In this document: piece after piece, positions 1 to 12,978 of the stretch
How positions within the stretch are numbered: position 1 is the stretch's first letter
Layout of the letters: each line of letters begins with the position of its first letter
Origin: Lingula anatina
Taxonomy: Eukaryota; Animalia; Brachiopoda
Assembly (NCBI GenBank): GCA_051362555.1
Contig: CM120640.1
Coordinates: forward strand, 11,284,001 to 11,348,000
DNA: 64,000 bases
Direction of reading: 5' to 3'
Notes under the pieces: generated by a model
Told to the model about the DNA's origin: nothing
The model's input: only the letters and a program-made list of their open reading frames with translations
Database searches by the model: none
Translations under genes and position numbers: made by a program

Positions 1-372
1 GGATCCCAGAGGCTGTGTTGGAAGCGATGGTCTGGCACACAACCTCCTCTGCCATTGCCACCAAAGTACCCAGGTTGCCATATAATAGCAGTGGAAAAAT
101 TATGGGCATCAGTGGTAAAATCGAAGTAAGGCAGGGAAACACTGCAATCCACTTCCTGCAGCTTTTGTTCCATGCGCCTTAGAAACAAACGATGCCAAGG
201 CAAGAACAGCAAAGTGCTTCTCCCCTGTATTGCATGGGTCATGTACAAGTTACGGAACTGCTCCCATTGACTATCTGGTCCTTTTCTCAATTGCTTTACA
301 GCATTCTGGAAACGTTCCAGTTCCTCAGATGTCATATCCCGAATCTCCTTTCTCATGGTCATTGTCACACAC
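1..372 (-). CDS. Exon encoding N-terminal half of a tyrosinase (type-3 copper) domain
   Basis: Manual translation after acceptor ttttag: CVTMTMRKEIRDMTSEELERFQNAVKQLRKGPDSQWEQFRNLYMTHAIQGRSTLLFLPWHRLFLRRMEQKLQEVDCSVSLPYFDFTTDAHNFSTAIIWQPGYFGGNGRGGCVPDHRFQ. The RKEIR, FLPWHR, LPY(F)D and FGGNG..GCV.D motifs are typical of tyrosinases. Confidence 0.9.
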
Positions 373-3300
373 CTAAAACAAAGAACAGACTTGTTTGATT
401 AACCAAAACTGTCATCATTATTGCTTTTGCTATCTACCAGTGTTAAAAGGGAAGCAATGAAGTCTCTCCAAGCCTCCCAGTCCATCACCAAAAAATCTTT
501 GGGCAAACATAAGATGAACATAAAATTCAGACTAAGGTCTTGTCCACTCATGGGAAATGTTAGACCAAACTCACAATATAAAAAAATTAACAACATTAAT
601 AATTTTTGAGTACAAAATCTCTGTTCTCATTGGCTTAACACTGTGGTAACATTGTCCTATATTCTAACTGACCCATTGCAAGAGGAAATATTGCTTTTGG
701 TATCTTTTGGGAAAACTAATATTATCTTATCCAGTCTGTCTACTGAGTCAAAACTGCATGTTCACACATGCACAGCGTAAGTAAGAAAAACAAAACAAAG
801 TAACCTGCAGTCTATTCCAATGTCCTTTAAGCACAAGCATTCTTGGCAACCAATCCTGAATCTTGTACCATAGGGGAAAGAACTGTTGCCATAGGTACAT
901 CCTTGAGGTGCAGCACAGGTGTCCGGCTGGCACTGGGCACCAGGCTCAAAGGACACCACTTCCAACAGTTGACCTGGAGACTGGCTGGACATCTGTCTAC
1001 AGTTGGCTAAAGTGTCCACCTGCATATGATGGAGAAAATAGTACAAGATTTCTTACACTGCAAAGTTCAATTTTCAATCATATAAGGCATCTATTTAACA
1101 GTAAGAAAAACCATTTAAACTTGGTGCAATTTTCTCGCAATAAATTGGAAGGAATGTCAAAAATACATTTACGCAAGAGATAAGGTGTTATTAACAGAAG
1201 GAAAACAAATAATTGTGCTATTAGATGCAATGAATGGCCCTGAATTCATGAGGGCAGCTCATGATAAATTCCTGGCTGTAACATACCTGACAAGCCATGC
1301 TTGGCTGAAGATTGGAAACAGATGGAGAGTGAATCCTGTGACAACAAGCACCTAGAGAACACTGTCCTTCACAATCCTCCAAGGTCTGAAAATTGTTGGG
1401 ATTTCCACCACAACCTTGAAAATAGTTTTTAGAATTACTCTTTGTAATGCTTAAATCTAAACATTTTTGATGAACACCTTTCCTGACATCCCAATAGTGA
1501 TGCAACATATGAATATCTTACCAAAGTTTCTACTTGATAATACCATTTTTTATACAAGTTTCAATATGCCAAATGGAACGTGATGAATTTTCTTTATTTT
1601 TTCCCTCTGTTTAAATCTTTTATTGATCTGACACCAATAAGTTTGTTCAAACAAATAATTATATATATATGCAGATATCAACAGTGTAATACCAAACTAA
1701 TCAAAACTTTCTCTGAATCAAGTATGTCAACCATCATGTCTTACTGACCTGTATAAAGGAACTGCAAACACTTCATCTGATATCTGTCAAAGTAGTACCT
1801 GGTAACACTTCCCCCACATGTCCCCTGATCCAGCTCATACACGCAGGGATTTCTTCTATACTGACACTCTGGTCCATAACATGTGGGAGGGCACTGACAT
1901 GTGTAGTTATGGTACCCAGGGTTACTGACACATGTGCCTCCATTCTGACATGGGCTAGACACACAAGGATCTGGAAGAATTGTGTTACATGTGTCCAGTA
2001 GTTTCTCAACTGATATTTCTCTATAAGTCAAAATAGATTTTTTTCCAATATTCCATACTTCTCACCAGTTTATCAGACCAGACTAATCACTGCACTTGTC
2101 AAACTAAATTTTCTAATTTAAGTCTGAAAGATCATTGCTATCCACTGAAAAATTTTGCTTTCCATTTCAGAAAAAAATGGTGTGTAAAGGAAGTAAAAAA
2201 TTCAATTAAACCTGAACCAGTGACCGACAATCTGCCAAAGCTGGACAAGCAAGCAACTGTTCAATCTGTCACTTCACTTAACTAAAACCGTAATATTTTT
2301 TCCAACATTTTTTTTTTCTTAAACTTTTTTTGCAGTGAGTAGTCAACAAGTCTATCATGCTGCGGAAACAGCTATTACTCTGTTGCCTCTATTGACCTTG
2401 GCCATAAATTCTGTTAACTAGATCTCCAGCAGCCGAGAGATAGCAAAGCTTGTCAGCATGTTAGCTTCAATGAATATCCAGCAGGAAACCACACAGGGTG
2501 TTTACACTGACAAGCATCAACATTTAACTACCCCAAAAAAGTTTAAGCATACTGAGTATGGTTTCAATGTGTTACTAATGCTCCAGCTTTGTTGCTACTT
2601 TGCATATCACTGATGTCATCTGCCATGACAGTTTAAGTACAAGATTTTCTTCAGCTGTCATGTCTGCTATCTGGCTTTATTTGATCATCAATACTCATTC
2701 ACACACATGGTGCTCCAAAAAAGAAAACAAGAACCAAGTTTATAACCTTCCTCGATCACTGCATGTGAATTTGGATGCATATCAAATAAATATCACTCAT
2801 TATTTCTACTAGGCTTTACAATAATTGTCAGCATCTGCACACATTGATCCATTTCTTTATTCTTTCACTCCACATTCCTCTCATATACAGGTTCACAGAC
2901 AACTCTTTATAAATGCAATGAAGGCATGAGTGAAAAATCTGGATAATACTGTTTAACCAACATCTAGTGCACAAGGGTTCAATAACACTACATCCATTGT
3001 TTTTTGTATACACATCAACACAGCTGGGACCAATCTGCTACATATATCTGGCTGGGATAATGGTAGAAAAACTTCACTCCAGGAAAACCTGCCCACATGC
3101 TGAGAGGCCATGCCCTAACCAGGCCTTCATCCTGTTAGCCATCCAACTTTATCATCCAAATGTTCAGGCAAAAAGTTTCCATTTTCCTTATATGTGTGGT
3201 GAACAGAAAATGCAGGTGCCACAGGAGATGGAGATGGGGCATGTATGCCCACACATTGAAAAGATACAAAATTAGCTTGAGAAATAGCCATAAATGATGC

Positions 3301-6300
3301 ATTTGATAGTTGTTTTTACATTAATTCAACATATGACAATGAAAAAATTATAAACTTCAAACATAAATCTCAAACATAAATTATGTGTAATCACTGATGT
3401 CTACAACTAGACAACAAAGCTGGCAAATATACAGACACCATACAGGAAACAAGGAAGCAAAGGTGACAAATGCTCAGACATTATGCAGAAAAAAATGCAC
3501 AAAATGTTACAGTATGTTTTAAAACAGCATAATCACTCTTACCCTCTTATATTATGTACTACAGGTAACATGGAGATTGAAAAACTAGTTAGTAATTCAG
3601 TTCCATGGGACATAAAAGCCACTGAAAATGCTTATGTGTAAAAACTGAAAATTTCACACACACAAGAAAAATGTAAATGTAAATCGATCATGCCAATTTT
3701 CGGAAGCAACCTGCCTCTTTACCAAACAAAGCCACTTAGTAAATTTAAGGTAAAAAAAATGGGGTGAATGTAACCAAAATTGTGCAAAAAAAAAAATAAA
3801 ATAAAATAAAAACAGAATAATTACTGTAAATGTAAACTGATCGTGCTGATTTTCGAAAGCAACCTGCTTCTTTGCCAAACAAAGCCACTCAGTAAATTTA
3901 AAGTAAAACAAAAGTATGGTTGGGCAGATTTGGGGCAAACATCGTGTGTCGGACAGCAACAATGCAGACAATCTGAATATATCTAGCCATTTACAGTGGC
4001 TGTATAAAAACCACCCAAATAAATAGTTTAAAATCAGTAATCATGGTCAATATCCCTGATGTTATTATCTCTCAGATGCCACATTTTGCGGTCTTGAAAA
4101 ACACAACCTGACAGTTTTTTGAAAAATTATTCTGCTTAAAACACCATCCATTTCTCTATATTTACATGGGATGGGGTTTGAAATTAATGGCCATATACCT
4201 CTGCTAATATTTTAGCCCATTGGTGAATGAATAGTAAAACATCTGTGTACTAAGTGATACTCACCATAACCTCTGTGTAACTTTCTTATGTAATAACTCC
4301 CCTAAAAACTAAGAATAACTAGACAACCCAGATATATGCTTCAACTGGGCTGCTAAGATTTCAACTGACCTAAAAATGCACTTCAGTAAGGCTGCTGAGA
4401 TTTCAGTGGGTCCTTGAAGAGGTAAACTATGTAGCTGAGAGTTCAATTTACCCATCTACTAAGATTTTTGATAAGCAAATAAATCCTAATCCAATTTCCA
4501 GCATCACCAATGTTATGTCTCTTGAACTTATGTCAGAAGTCATCACAATTCTAGTTGTCATTCACATAGAAAAGCTATTAATACACTTAAGACACATTAC
4601 TTTCTAAGAACTTTAATAAGACAATACGATAATTTGAAATTTCACTTTTTTCTTGGTTCAAACATTTAAAATCAAACTTATTAGTATAATATATTACAAG
4701 ACCATGTACATACTATAACATTGGGGCTTGTCCCACATTATGCTGCAGGAAGGTCTTCCATTCTGAAAAAAACATAAACATATTTTTGGACTTGGTTATC
4801 ATTGCCCATACAGATAACAAATATTTTAATCAAATAATGAAAACAAAGCCTGAAGAAATAAAAGTTACCTACAGTTCACCACAGTGTTTACTAAATTTGC
4901 TAACAAAGGACAGTTCTTGTGGGCAAAAATCACAAATTTCAACTAAAATATTCTTAAAAATCATTATCATTTACACAATACATAACCTTTAGAACATCCG
5001 CAAAGAAAAGCTCACTATCAGTTCTTGAGAAGCCAAAGATGTCTCAGTCTTACCTGACAAACACAAAAGTTACATGGATCTTGCTGCCACATTTCCCCCT
5101 CTCTGTATGTAACACCATTATGTGAACACAGTGGACGACATTCACAAGTTTCCAAGTAGTCTAGTCTAGCTAAAATTTCTTTGTTCTGAAACAAATAATA
5201 ATGGCATCTGTCTTAATGAGTTTTGATGAATATGTGGAACTTGCATGGACTCTCCCAAATTCACTTTGAATAATGTACTAAATAATGATGATGATAAATT
5301 TATAATTACTTGTTGTTTTAGCATATCCACCATCATTGACAACTGCTGGACTTGATACTCTAGAGGAGCTGGCAAAGCATTATTGTTTCCCAGAGTGTTA
5401 AGGGCATCTTGCTGGGGTTGCTCAGTTGGTGGATTTACAACTGAAATGACCAGTGATGAGTGACTGAATGCACACCTTTGTAAATTCATGTATATGTACT
5501 ATGTAACTTTTAGCATGTTCATTCACTTCAGTATGTTGGGGTAATGTGTATGTCTGAATATGCTAGTATATTCAGTAGAAGTGCATAGAATCAATGCCTT
5601 TTAATTATTTCTCATACATTTCAAGTTAAATAGACTATTCTCAGTCTCAAAGAGATTTATGGCACCTCCAAACCTGAAAACTATTAACTGCACAGACAAT
5701 AACAAAAACAAATGGCAAGTAGGTGTTACGATTAATTTTCTTATCAATTACAGCAAATGTCAGAAAATATAGAAATGGCGCAACTTAACAGGTATGACAA
5801 CACTAGATGTCAATTTGTTAATTGAGTTGATGCCAAAACAAACAGACACCAACCCTAGCATAATGTAATGAAATTAAGAAAAGATTGATACTGCTGTAGG
5901 TTTTGTAGACGCACCTGTCTCTTCCTGCTTTTGCTTGCATTTCCAAAGTCTCCTCTCCACAATATGAGGAAACAACTTGACAACCTGGACAGAACCCTTA
6001 GAAAAAAGTTATAATTTATAAGACAACCTAGCTTTTTATAAATGTACAACCTACAAGTGTCGTAGACATACACATTGACATAAAGATCTGAAAAAGATAA
6101 AGGTACATCAATAAATTCATATTGCACTTTATTCCTACTTAATTTAGGTATGTCCTCAACAATTTCAAAGGATGGGGCTCTTTTCTGGAAAAAGGCAAAT
6201 CTTTTTGTTGCAAAACCTATGCACATTCACAGAACCCATTCACAAAACAAATCTTTTTCCTAGCCAAAAGGGCAGTTCATTTCTCTTGTAACAAAAGTCA

Positions 6301-9300
6301 TTTTACCAAAGGTCGAAACAAGAGAGAACCATCATAAAAACACTACGGAATTTGCAATCTAGGTCGACTTAAAAGTAATATTTGTATGTGTGAAACTGAA
6401 GCTTTTAACATACAAGTTGAAGTACTTTGTTCGACACTTAGGAAATGCTAGGTTCTGTCTCACATATTTTTATTTCTTTTTTTCATGTGAAAAAGAACTG
6501 AAACATACATTAGACTGAGATTTTTGGCTTATATATGAATATATATACATATATTCCACATGTTTTGGGCAGGCACACTTACCACAAACTTAGTTTTGTT
6601 ATTGCCATCCTGTCCAAAATAAACTGAAGCATCCCTGAACAAAGTGTGGACATTCAAGGGAACTTCCAGTGGGATAACCAACAATTTCCTGCAATCCACT
6701 AAGACCTGAATATATTCTTCACTAACAGTGAAGAGAATTTTACTCCATTTTGTGTGATTTGTAAAAGGTGAAAAAAGTTTTAAAGTGGACAGAGTGGTGC
6801 AGTTTCCACTGCAGTATTTAATCAACAAATGTCTATGTCTGGAGTTTGAAATAATGTGCAACTTTGGCATATGACTTTTAGCTAGAGATATGGTTAGTAG
6901 TGAGGCCACAGAGTTCCGTGCCTGCTTGAGAATCATGTGTAAACTAAATCCTTCACTGATGCGCTTTGTGAACTGATCTAGTAATCCCTGAGGAAGTGGA
7001 TGGCGGACAAACTGTGGCCGTAGCTGCCAGGCAGTCAGGTAATCTGGCTTGACCCCAGGCACTGGGATAACTCCCTGCTGCTCATGACTGATGTTCAAAG
7101 CTTGGATGATATCAAGGGAAGCATCTGGGGATGAAAAAGATGTGTTAAACGTTATAACTGTCCATGTTTGACTGGAGGGGACATGTCTGATTGATACTGA
7201 TGCCTGATGTTATATAACACAATCTTTCATTTTTTCAGCTTTTTGTGTGTGTCTGAGAAACAAGAAAATGAGGACCATTCTGTGATATTAGAGCCCATGT
7301 ATCAAACTGGGTCTCTACAGACTAATGCCTACAATGACTATCTTTGTAAACTATTCACATCCCAGTCTATAATATATTGGGGCACTTTAAGTGCACTATC
7401 CAAATGGAGGAATTTGGTGCAGTTTCAAGTGAAAAGGGTGGAAAATGCATTAAGGAAAACTCTTTGACCTTGCACTTGTTATAATAAATATAAACTGTTC
7501 ATTGCCCCAAAAACCGAGTCCAAACATTGGGTTTACAGGCCCAATTGAGTACTGGAGTAGAAACCTAATGACCCAATCTTTTTATGGGGAAAATTGGGAA
7601 TTTTGCAGATACTGTATTTTTTCAAGTCAGAAATTCTTAAAATTGTAACATATTCCTATTGAGCGACAGAAACATCAATGAAAAGCTGTCTATCTTATAT
7701 ATAGTTCTATTATATATATAGAAAAAAAGCAGCACAGATGATACACTGTAAACAGATATATATTTTTAATGATCCCAAAATTATGTATCTGAAAGATTGA
7801 TTAAATTTTTCCCATTGAAAAGATCCAGTCATTACCAGAATACTTGGCACAATATACATACTTTATGACTTCATGCTTAGGTTTACTGTAATAAATTGCC
7901 GCTCATTTCTTTGTCATTCATTATCAGGCCTACCCAACTACCAGACTCAGAAGCGAATGATCCCGAATTCAACATTAGATCACACCACACAAACCGTTTT
8001 CAAGGTGTGCGTCAGTACACATTTCACAGTATAATACCCCAGAACAAATTTTGAGATGAGATGCACTACTTTCCAACCCAGCTCAGAATCATCGCTATCA
8101 CATCGAATACTAGGCAAGAGCAGTGTCATTTTGCAGCAAGTTCTGACGCACACCTTGAAAACGGGTAGTGTGGTCTGATCTACCAGTGAATTCAGGATCA
8201 TTCAATGCCGAGTCTGGTAGTTGGGTAGGCCTGATTATAAACTCCATTTATCATAAATGTGCAAACAAAAAAATTAACAAAATAATTCGTGCACATTAAC
8301 TGGTTATTTGACCTTACTGTGCCACCTCAAATTTTTGCCGATTCCAAAATCAAAATATTAATGAAAGTGTGTAAGAACAAATAGTTATGCCCAGCTGACA
8401 TTTGACACTTCCCCACTGACAATAAGAGAAGGTTTATTATCACCTCTCACAAATGATAGATGGCTCCTCAGGAAACACTTAATGAAAGGAAACAGAAGGT
8501 TTGACAGAATCCTGCCCCCTTTCTCATAACACCTTTTGGAGCCAAACCAATTTTATCTACTAAGATCTAAATCCAGAGCTTGCTTACAAACTAGCAGTAC
8601 AGCAATCAAGAGTAAAAATGCAAGTTCATAGCAACAGTGACCTTTTCTAAGGTGTTTTTGGAAGCTTTTCTACACAGCACCAGTCTGGGAGGTAGTAGGA
8701 AACCAGACATAGAAGTAATAAACAGAGCACTGAGCATATGCCATAACATTTAATTAATACAAAATACACTTCACACTGTGCTTTAATGATTACTAAACAT
8801 AACATCTTCATTGCATGGCAGTAATGGAGTGCATGAAGCTACAAATGGGAATAATTTCAGTCTCACAACTTAAAGCCTAGATTACATTTGCTATCGTTGC
8901 TGTATGATGAAATGGTATACGATCTTCTTTACGATTTTTTAAAGCATCGGTAGTAGCTTCATGCTACCGCTATTGCATAGATCTACATTATGTGAAGATA
9001 CTATTAGAATTCTCTGGCATCACCTTGAGGTCACATAGGGAAAAATTCAATTGTAGATTGAACAATGATCACATTAATGGAATCTTTTGGTCTCAGTTCT
9101 AGTACTGTTGCTGTACACCTGTGTCAAAGTTCCTCAGTGCTGAAAGTCTCATTTTGGGCTATCTCAGATGATTTCCATTGTTAATAATATGTACATCTAC
9201 CTACTTCCAAGTATTTAAAAATACTAAAATTTATATCCAAATCTATGAACACTGTGTAAAATACACTTTAAAATCCCAAACAGTTTAAGTGGATATTTAT

Positions 9301-12300
9301 CATCTAATCACTCCCTGATATAGTCTACCTGGTTTCTGTCCCAGTAGGGATCTAATAAAGATTATGTAACAAATTAAATGTTACAAATTAAAGCATGTTT
9401 ACACATAGGGATTTCAGGGCTGGCACATTTTCATCCATCCCTGTTCAGTTATATATAAACTAATACATCCCAACAATTCTGATACAGACTGATTGCCTCT
9501 TTACACAATAGGATCAAATGCTCTCATATGATAGAGGCTGACAAGATATAATATTAAAAGTTTCTTTGCAGGAGCTTAAAAGGAGTATACTATCTCCATA
9601 AACTGGAATTAAATATTAAACTTAAACATTTAAAGCAACAGTTTACAGGAAGGAGGAGATAGACATGTTTGCCTATTACTCAGACTGGGGAATTCAGACT
9701 ATCCACTAATTAATCTCAAAGTTGATTTATTGCTTTAATGATCAGACAACTTCTGTCATTCTAAAGTTCAAATGTGGGCAATTGATTGGTTAACCTTTTG
9801 GTAACTGTAAAGGAATCCAACTAAACTAGGGACCTAACCTATCTCGTATTTTCATTAAGTTGAATTTGATTTATTGCTAGAATGCTTCTTTTTTTAGGAG
9901 TTCTGCGTGGGTAAGTTCTGAATAAATTCTGGATGAGTTGTAGATCCTTGACCCTATGAAATCCAGGTATATTCTGTATACTATTGCTTCTTTCAACTGT
10001 GATTTACCTAAGTTCAAGTGTGCGTGCTTACACTCCAAGTGAGTGGTAACAGCATTCCATCCTAGCTGTTCTACATATATGAGTACAACAGCCCATACTT
10101 GACATCATGAATCAACTGCGGAAATTACTGTGCACTTAGTTTTCATTCTACGGAATAACTGATTCAAAATCATGATCAGCACAATGATTCCACATATTTT
10201 AAAAGCAACTGACATAAGAATCTAGAACTCCAAATTACCTTGAATGTCTTCTTTTTCTTTTTATTTCTTTATATCTCCCCCTCCCTTTTTTTTTGGGGGG
10301 GTGGGGTGGGAGGGGGTATCACTAACACCTCATTTCCATAGATTTTTAGATCGATCTATCCCTGTGGGAAGTCTCACTAGATTACTGTCAGCTTGGCCGG
10401 CTTAAAGGGATAACAACTCTTCATTTCGGCCAAAAAATGAATTTTCCTGGAGTAAACAACAATTTTCCCAAACTTACCAATGGTTAATGAATCCATTTTT
10501 ACATTCAAAGTTAGTCCCTGGTTTTTTTCCAAAAAGTTTGTTTTTTTGTTAAAATCTCTTAAGAGATTTTAACAGAGTATAGCCATCAATGGAGATCACG
10601 TGGTCTAAAGACAAGCTCAGATATCAGAATAATAGCTATAACTTCCGTTTTTGTGGTAAAACAGAATATATTACATTTCTATGAGTTATTCACAATGTTT
10701 TTATTGTGAAATATAGATCTCATACGAAGAGTTATTATCCCTTTAAGCGTCTGTCCCGCCTACTAAAAGCTGTAAGGGGGTAATTAACTATGGTGCCCGC
10801 TCGGCTGACTGCAATTTAGCGTGAACCCCCAGGGAGTTAGGTCGATCTAAAACTTAATCTTTAGATCGATCTAAATCTCTGTGAAAGCACCCTATGACAT
10901 CTGTATTTCATCATTCATGTACTTCCATACATACTAGGAATTTTAAGAGTAACTTTTTTTTTTGTTACAAGCAAATGGATAAACAGACTAAAATGATTCC
11001 CCACCACACTGCTAACATGTAGGTATGTAAGGTTCTCAAACAATCCCATCAATATCAATTTTACGTAGCCAAAACAATGATACTCAGAGTGCGAGTAAAC
11101 TATCATCTTGACATCTTGATACAATATAAAGTTACGCCTCTTGTATATATATGTAATGCTGTACCTCCAACTTTGATATTTGCAAATCTCAAAATAAAAA
11201 ATATAGCATCTTACTACTGTGAATCCTTTAAAATTTGGGACTAAACAATTTCTGTATGCAGATACTATTATCTACAGTCATATTGTAGCTCTAGCTGATG
11301 CTTCCAATTCACAATTTATAGTATGACATATCTATGAAACATTTATACATGTAATCTGTATTCAGGAGAAAAATTAGAGATTCCAATTTCAGCTGAATCC
11401 TTCACTGGCTATTTTAATGTTAAACACAAGTTGGGGGTTGTGGTTCTACTCCTAGGAGGGCCCCAGTGCCATTTTCCTCACCTGCTCTCCGTAAATACAA
11501 GGTAAATGGGCAACACTAACCTCCCCAGCACATTCTGGGTGACCTTACACACACTACAATTCTTAGAACCACTTAACCATGAAGGAATATATTTCAAGTG
11601 AATGCCAGAAGTCTAGTACCTTAAAATTCTCAAAAATGTTTGAAATTTCTGATCTATATCAAAATGATAGCCTAAGAATCATCATTTTTAAAGAGCTAAA
11701 AAAATCAACATTTTACAGTTGTAACTCAGTTTTCAGTTCCATGTAAAAATACTTAATATTCACTTCTCAATTTTTCATTTCTAAGTATTTTTCTGCTATG
11801 ATCAACATGCTTTGCCAGCAATGCCAATCTGTTCATATGAAGCATAATAACATTTTTTTAAATTCTTTGCCGTAAAGTTCATTGGTTCATATGAATTATA
11901 TCTATTAGAAATTCTACCTCTCTCCTTGTCAGACCAATTATACATAATAAAAAACCTTATCCTGTGGTGCCATGAAATATGGGTTTCTAAAGTACAATTA
12001 GAGTAACTTGATACTAATAAGGAAGATTTTCTTCATATGAAATGTACAGAGTTTAGTATCAGTATAAAAGGAATTGGTGCAGCTAAATCTTGGCTAACAT
12101 GATACACAGATAACCATGACCAGGTTTTAAAGAAAGACGAAAGCATTGTGAAAAACTGCCAGGTGGTTCAAGTAGGACATAATAAAGGTTTGCTTTCAGG
12201 CAATGCAGAATTGCCATTTTCAATATCATTAGAAAATGGTAACTTTGCATTGCAATAAATCATCAGAAAATTATTATAATATATTATAATTATAATATAT

Positions 12301-12978
12301 TATTAATCAAAAACAAGATCAAAAGCATTTTTAATACAAATAATCACATTTCTTCTAGTAATGCTGTTTCAGTTTTATGGATTAATTGCAAAGCTCTTTT
12401 GCAAACAATATCTACTTAAGTGACATCTGTAAAAGTAGTAAGACCTGGCTAATGTTCAAAATTTTTGACCCATCTTTAAAAATACTGAGACTGGGGTGCT
12501 CCAGGATGCATATTCCAATTATGAGACGAGCATTCATGCATTTATTGCTTGTGGGCTATATAAAATAGTTGATATAAAGTTTTAAAGAAATTATAATGTA
12601 AAACAATTGTGGATTTAACTGTATTTGAATTTCACCATCTGAATCCCATCTGGCAGTATTTTAGTTGCAATGTTTCCCAGCAAGGTAATAAGCAACATTT
12701 GCAGGGCAGCGATGATTTCTTGGTGTTTTATTGCATGCACTGACCAGGTGGCTAGAGCAACTCCCTACCGCCCAGGCCACGGATCGAGCTACAGTTGCGT
12801 ATCTCACAGGCAATATAAATGCATTTAGTGGCATTATACTAGAACTAGATCACCAAACGAGCCAAATATATTACATCAAAAATGTCAATGTCAACAGAAA
12901 CTTACCACTGCTTCTTGCCGTGGTGTAATCCAGAATAAGAAACAAGACGGCGAGTAGAACACGCCGCACCAGTAACAT
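1..12978 (-). CDS. Secreted mosaic protein: SP-TSPN/LamG-coiled coil-VWC-EGF-Kunitz-Cys module-VWC-like-tyrosinase domain (3' end runs off window)
   Basis: Phase-consistent GT-AG exons: 12906-12978 (MLLVRRVLLAVLFLILDYTTARSS, signal peptide), 6583-7124 (TSPN/LamG-like, ..WSKILFTVSEEYIQVLVDC..VYFGQ), 5915-5996, 5310-5440, 5054-5185 (NKEILARLDYLETCECRPLCSHNGVTYREGEMWQQDPCNFCVCQ, coiled coil + VWC), 4714-4762, 1749-1970 (EGF + Kunitz N-half), 1287-1414 ([19 protein letters not shown]), 805-1019, 1-372 (tyrosinase). Confidence 0.85.
3560..4010. repeat. HINE-like interspersed element with two ~152 bp internal tandem units
   Basis: 3676-3757 and 3828-3908 are near-identical. The core gatc(a/g)tgc.(a/g)attttcg..a...cctgc is shared with the 22.9-24.2 kb repeats. 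A short terminal hairpin (tagccat..gtggctg) and an A tract lie near 3983-4010. Outer boundaries are approximate. Confidence 0.5.
7924..8234. mobile_element. MITE with ~45 bp TIRs and TTA target duplication (PIF/Harbinger, Tourist-like)
   Basis: Ends tcaggcctacccaactaccagactc..gaatgatcccgaattc and gaattcaggatcattc..gagtctggtagttgggtaggcctga. Flanked by tta at 7921-7923 and 8235-8237. Confidence 0.8.
10325..10893. mobile_element. MITE family B copy, interrupted by a TTAA element
   Basis: Flanks align to the uninterrupted copy at 29872-30086 (ttagatcgatctatccc.gtggg.agtctcactagattactgtcag ... tttagcgtgaacc.ccagggagttaggtcgatcta). Confidence 0.8.
10406..10742. mobile_element. 337 bp non-autonomous DNA transposon with TTAA TSD and AGG..CCT termini (Kolobok-like), copy 1
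   Basis: ttaa|agggataacaactcttc ... gaagagttattatccct|ttaa. A near-identical 337 bp copy lies at 51341-51677. Confidence 0.85.

Noticed and set aside
192-609. Short ORFs at window start
   Set aside because: Antisense or intronic to the tyrosinase exon, with no domain signal.
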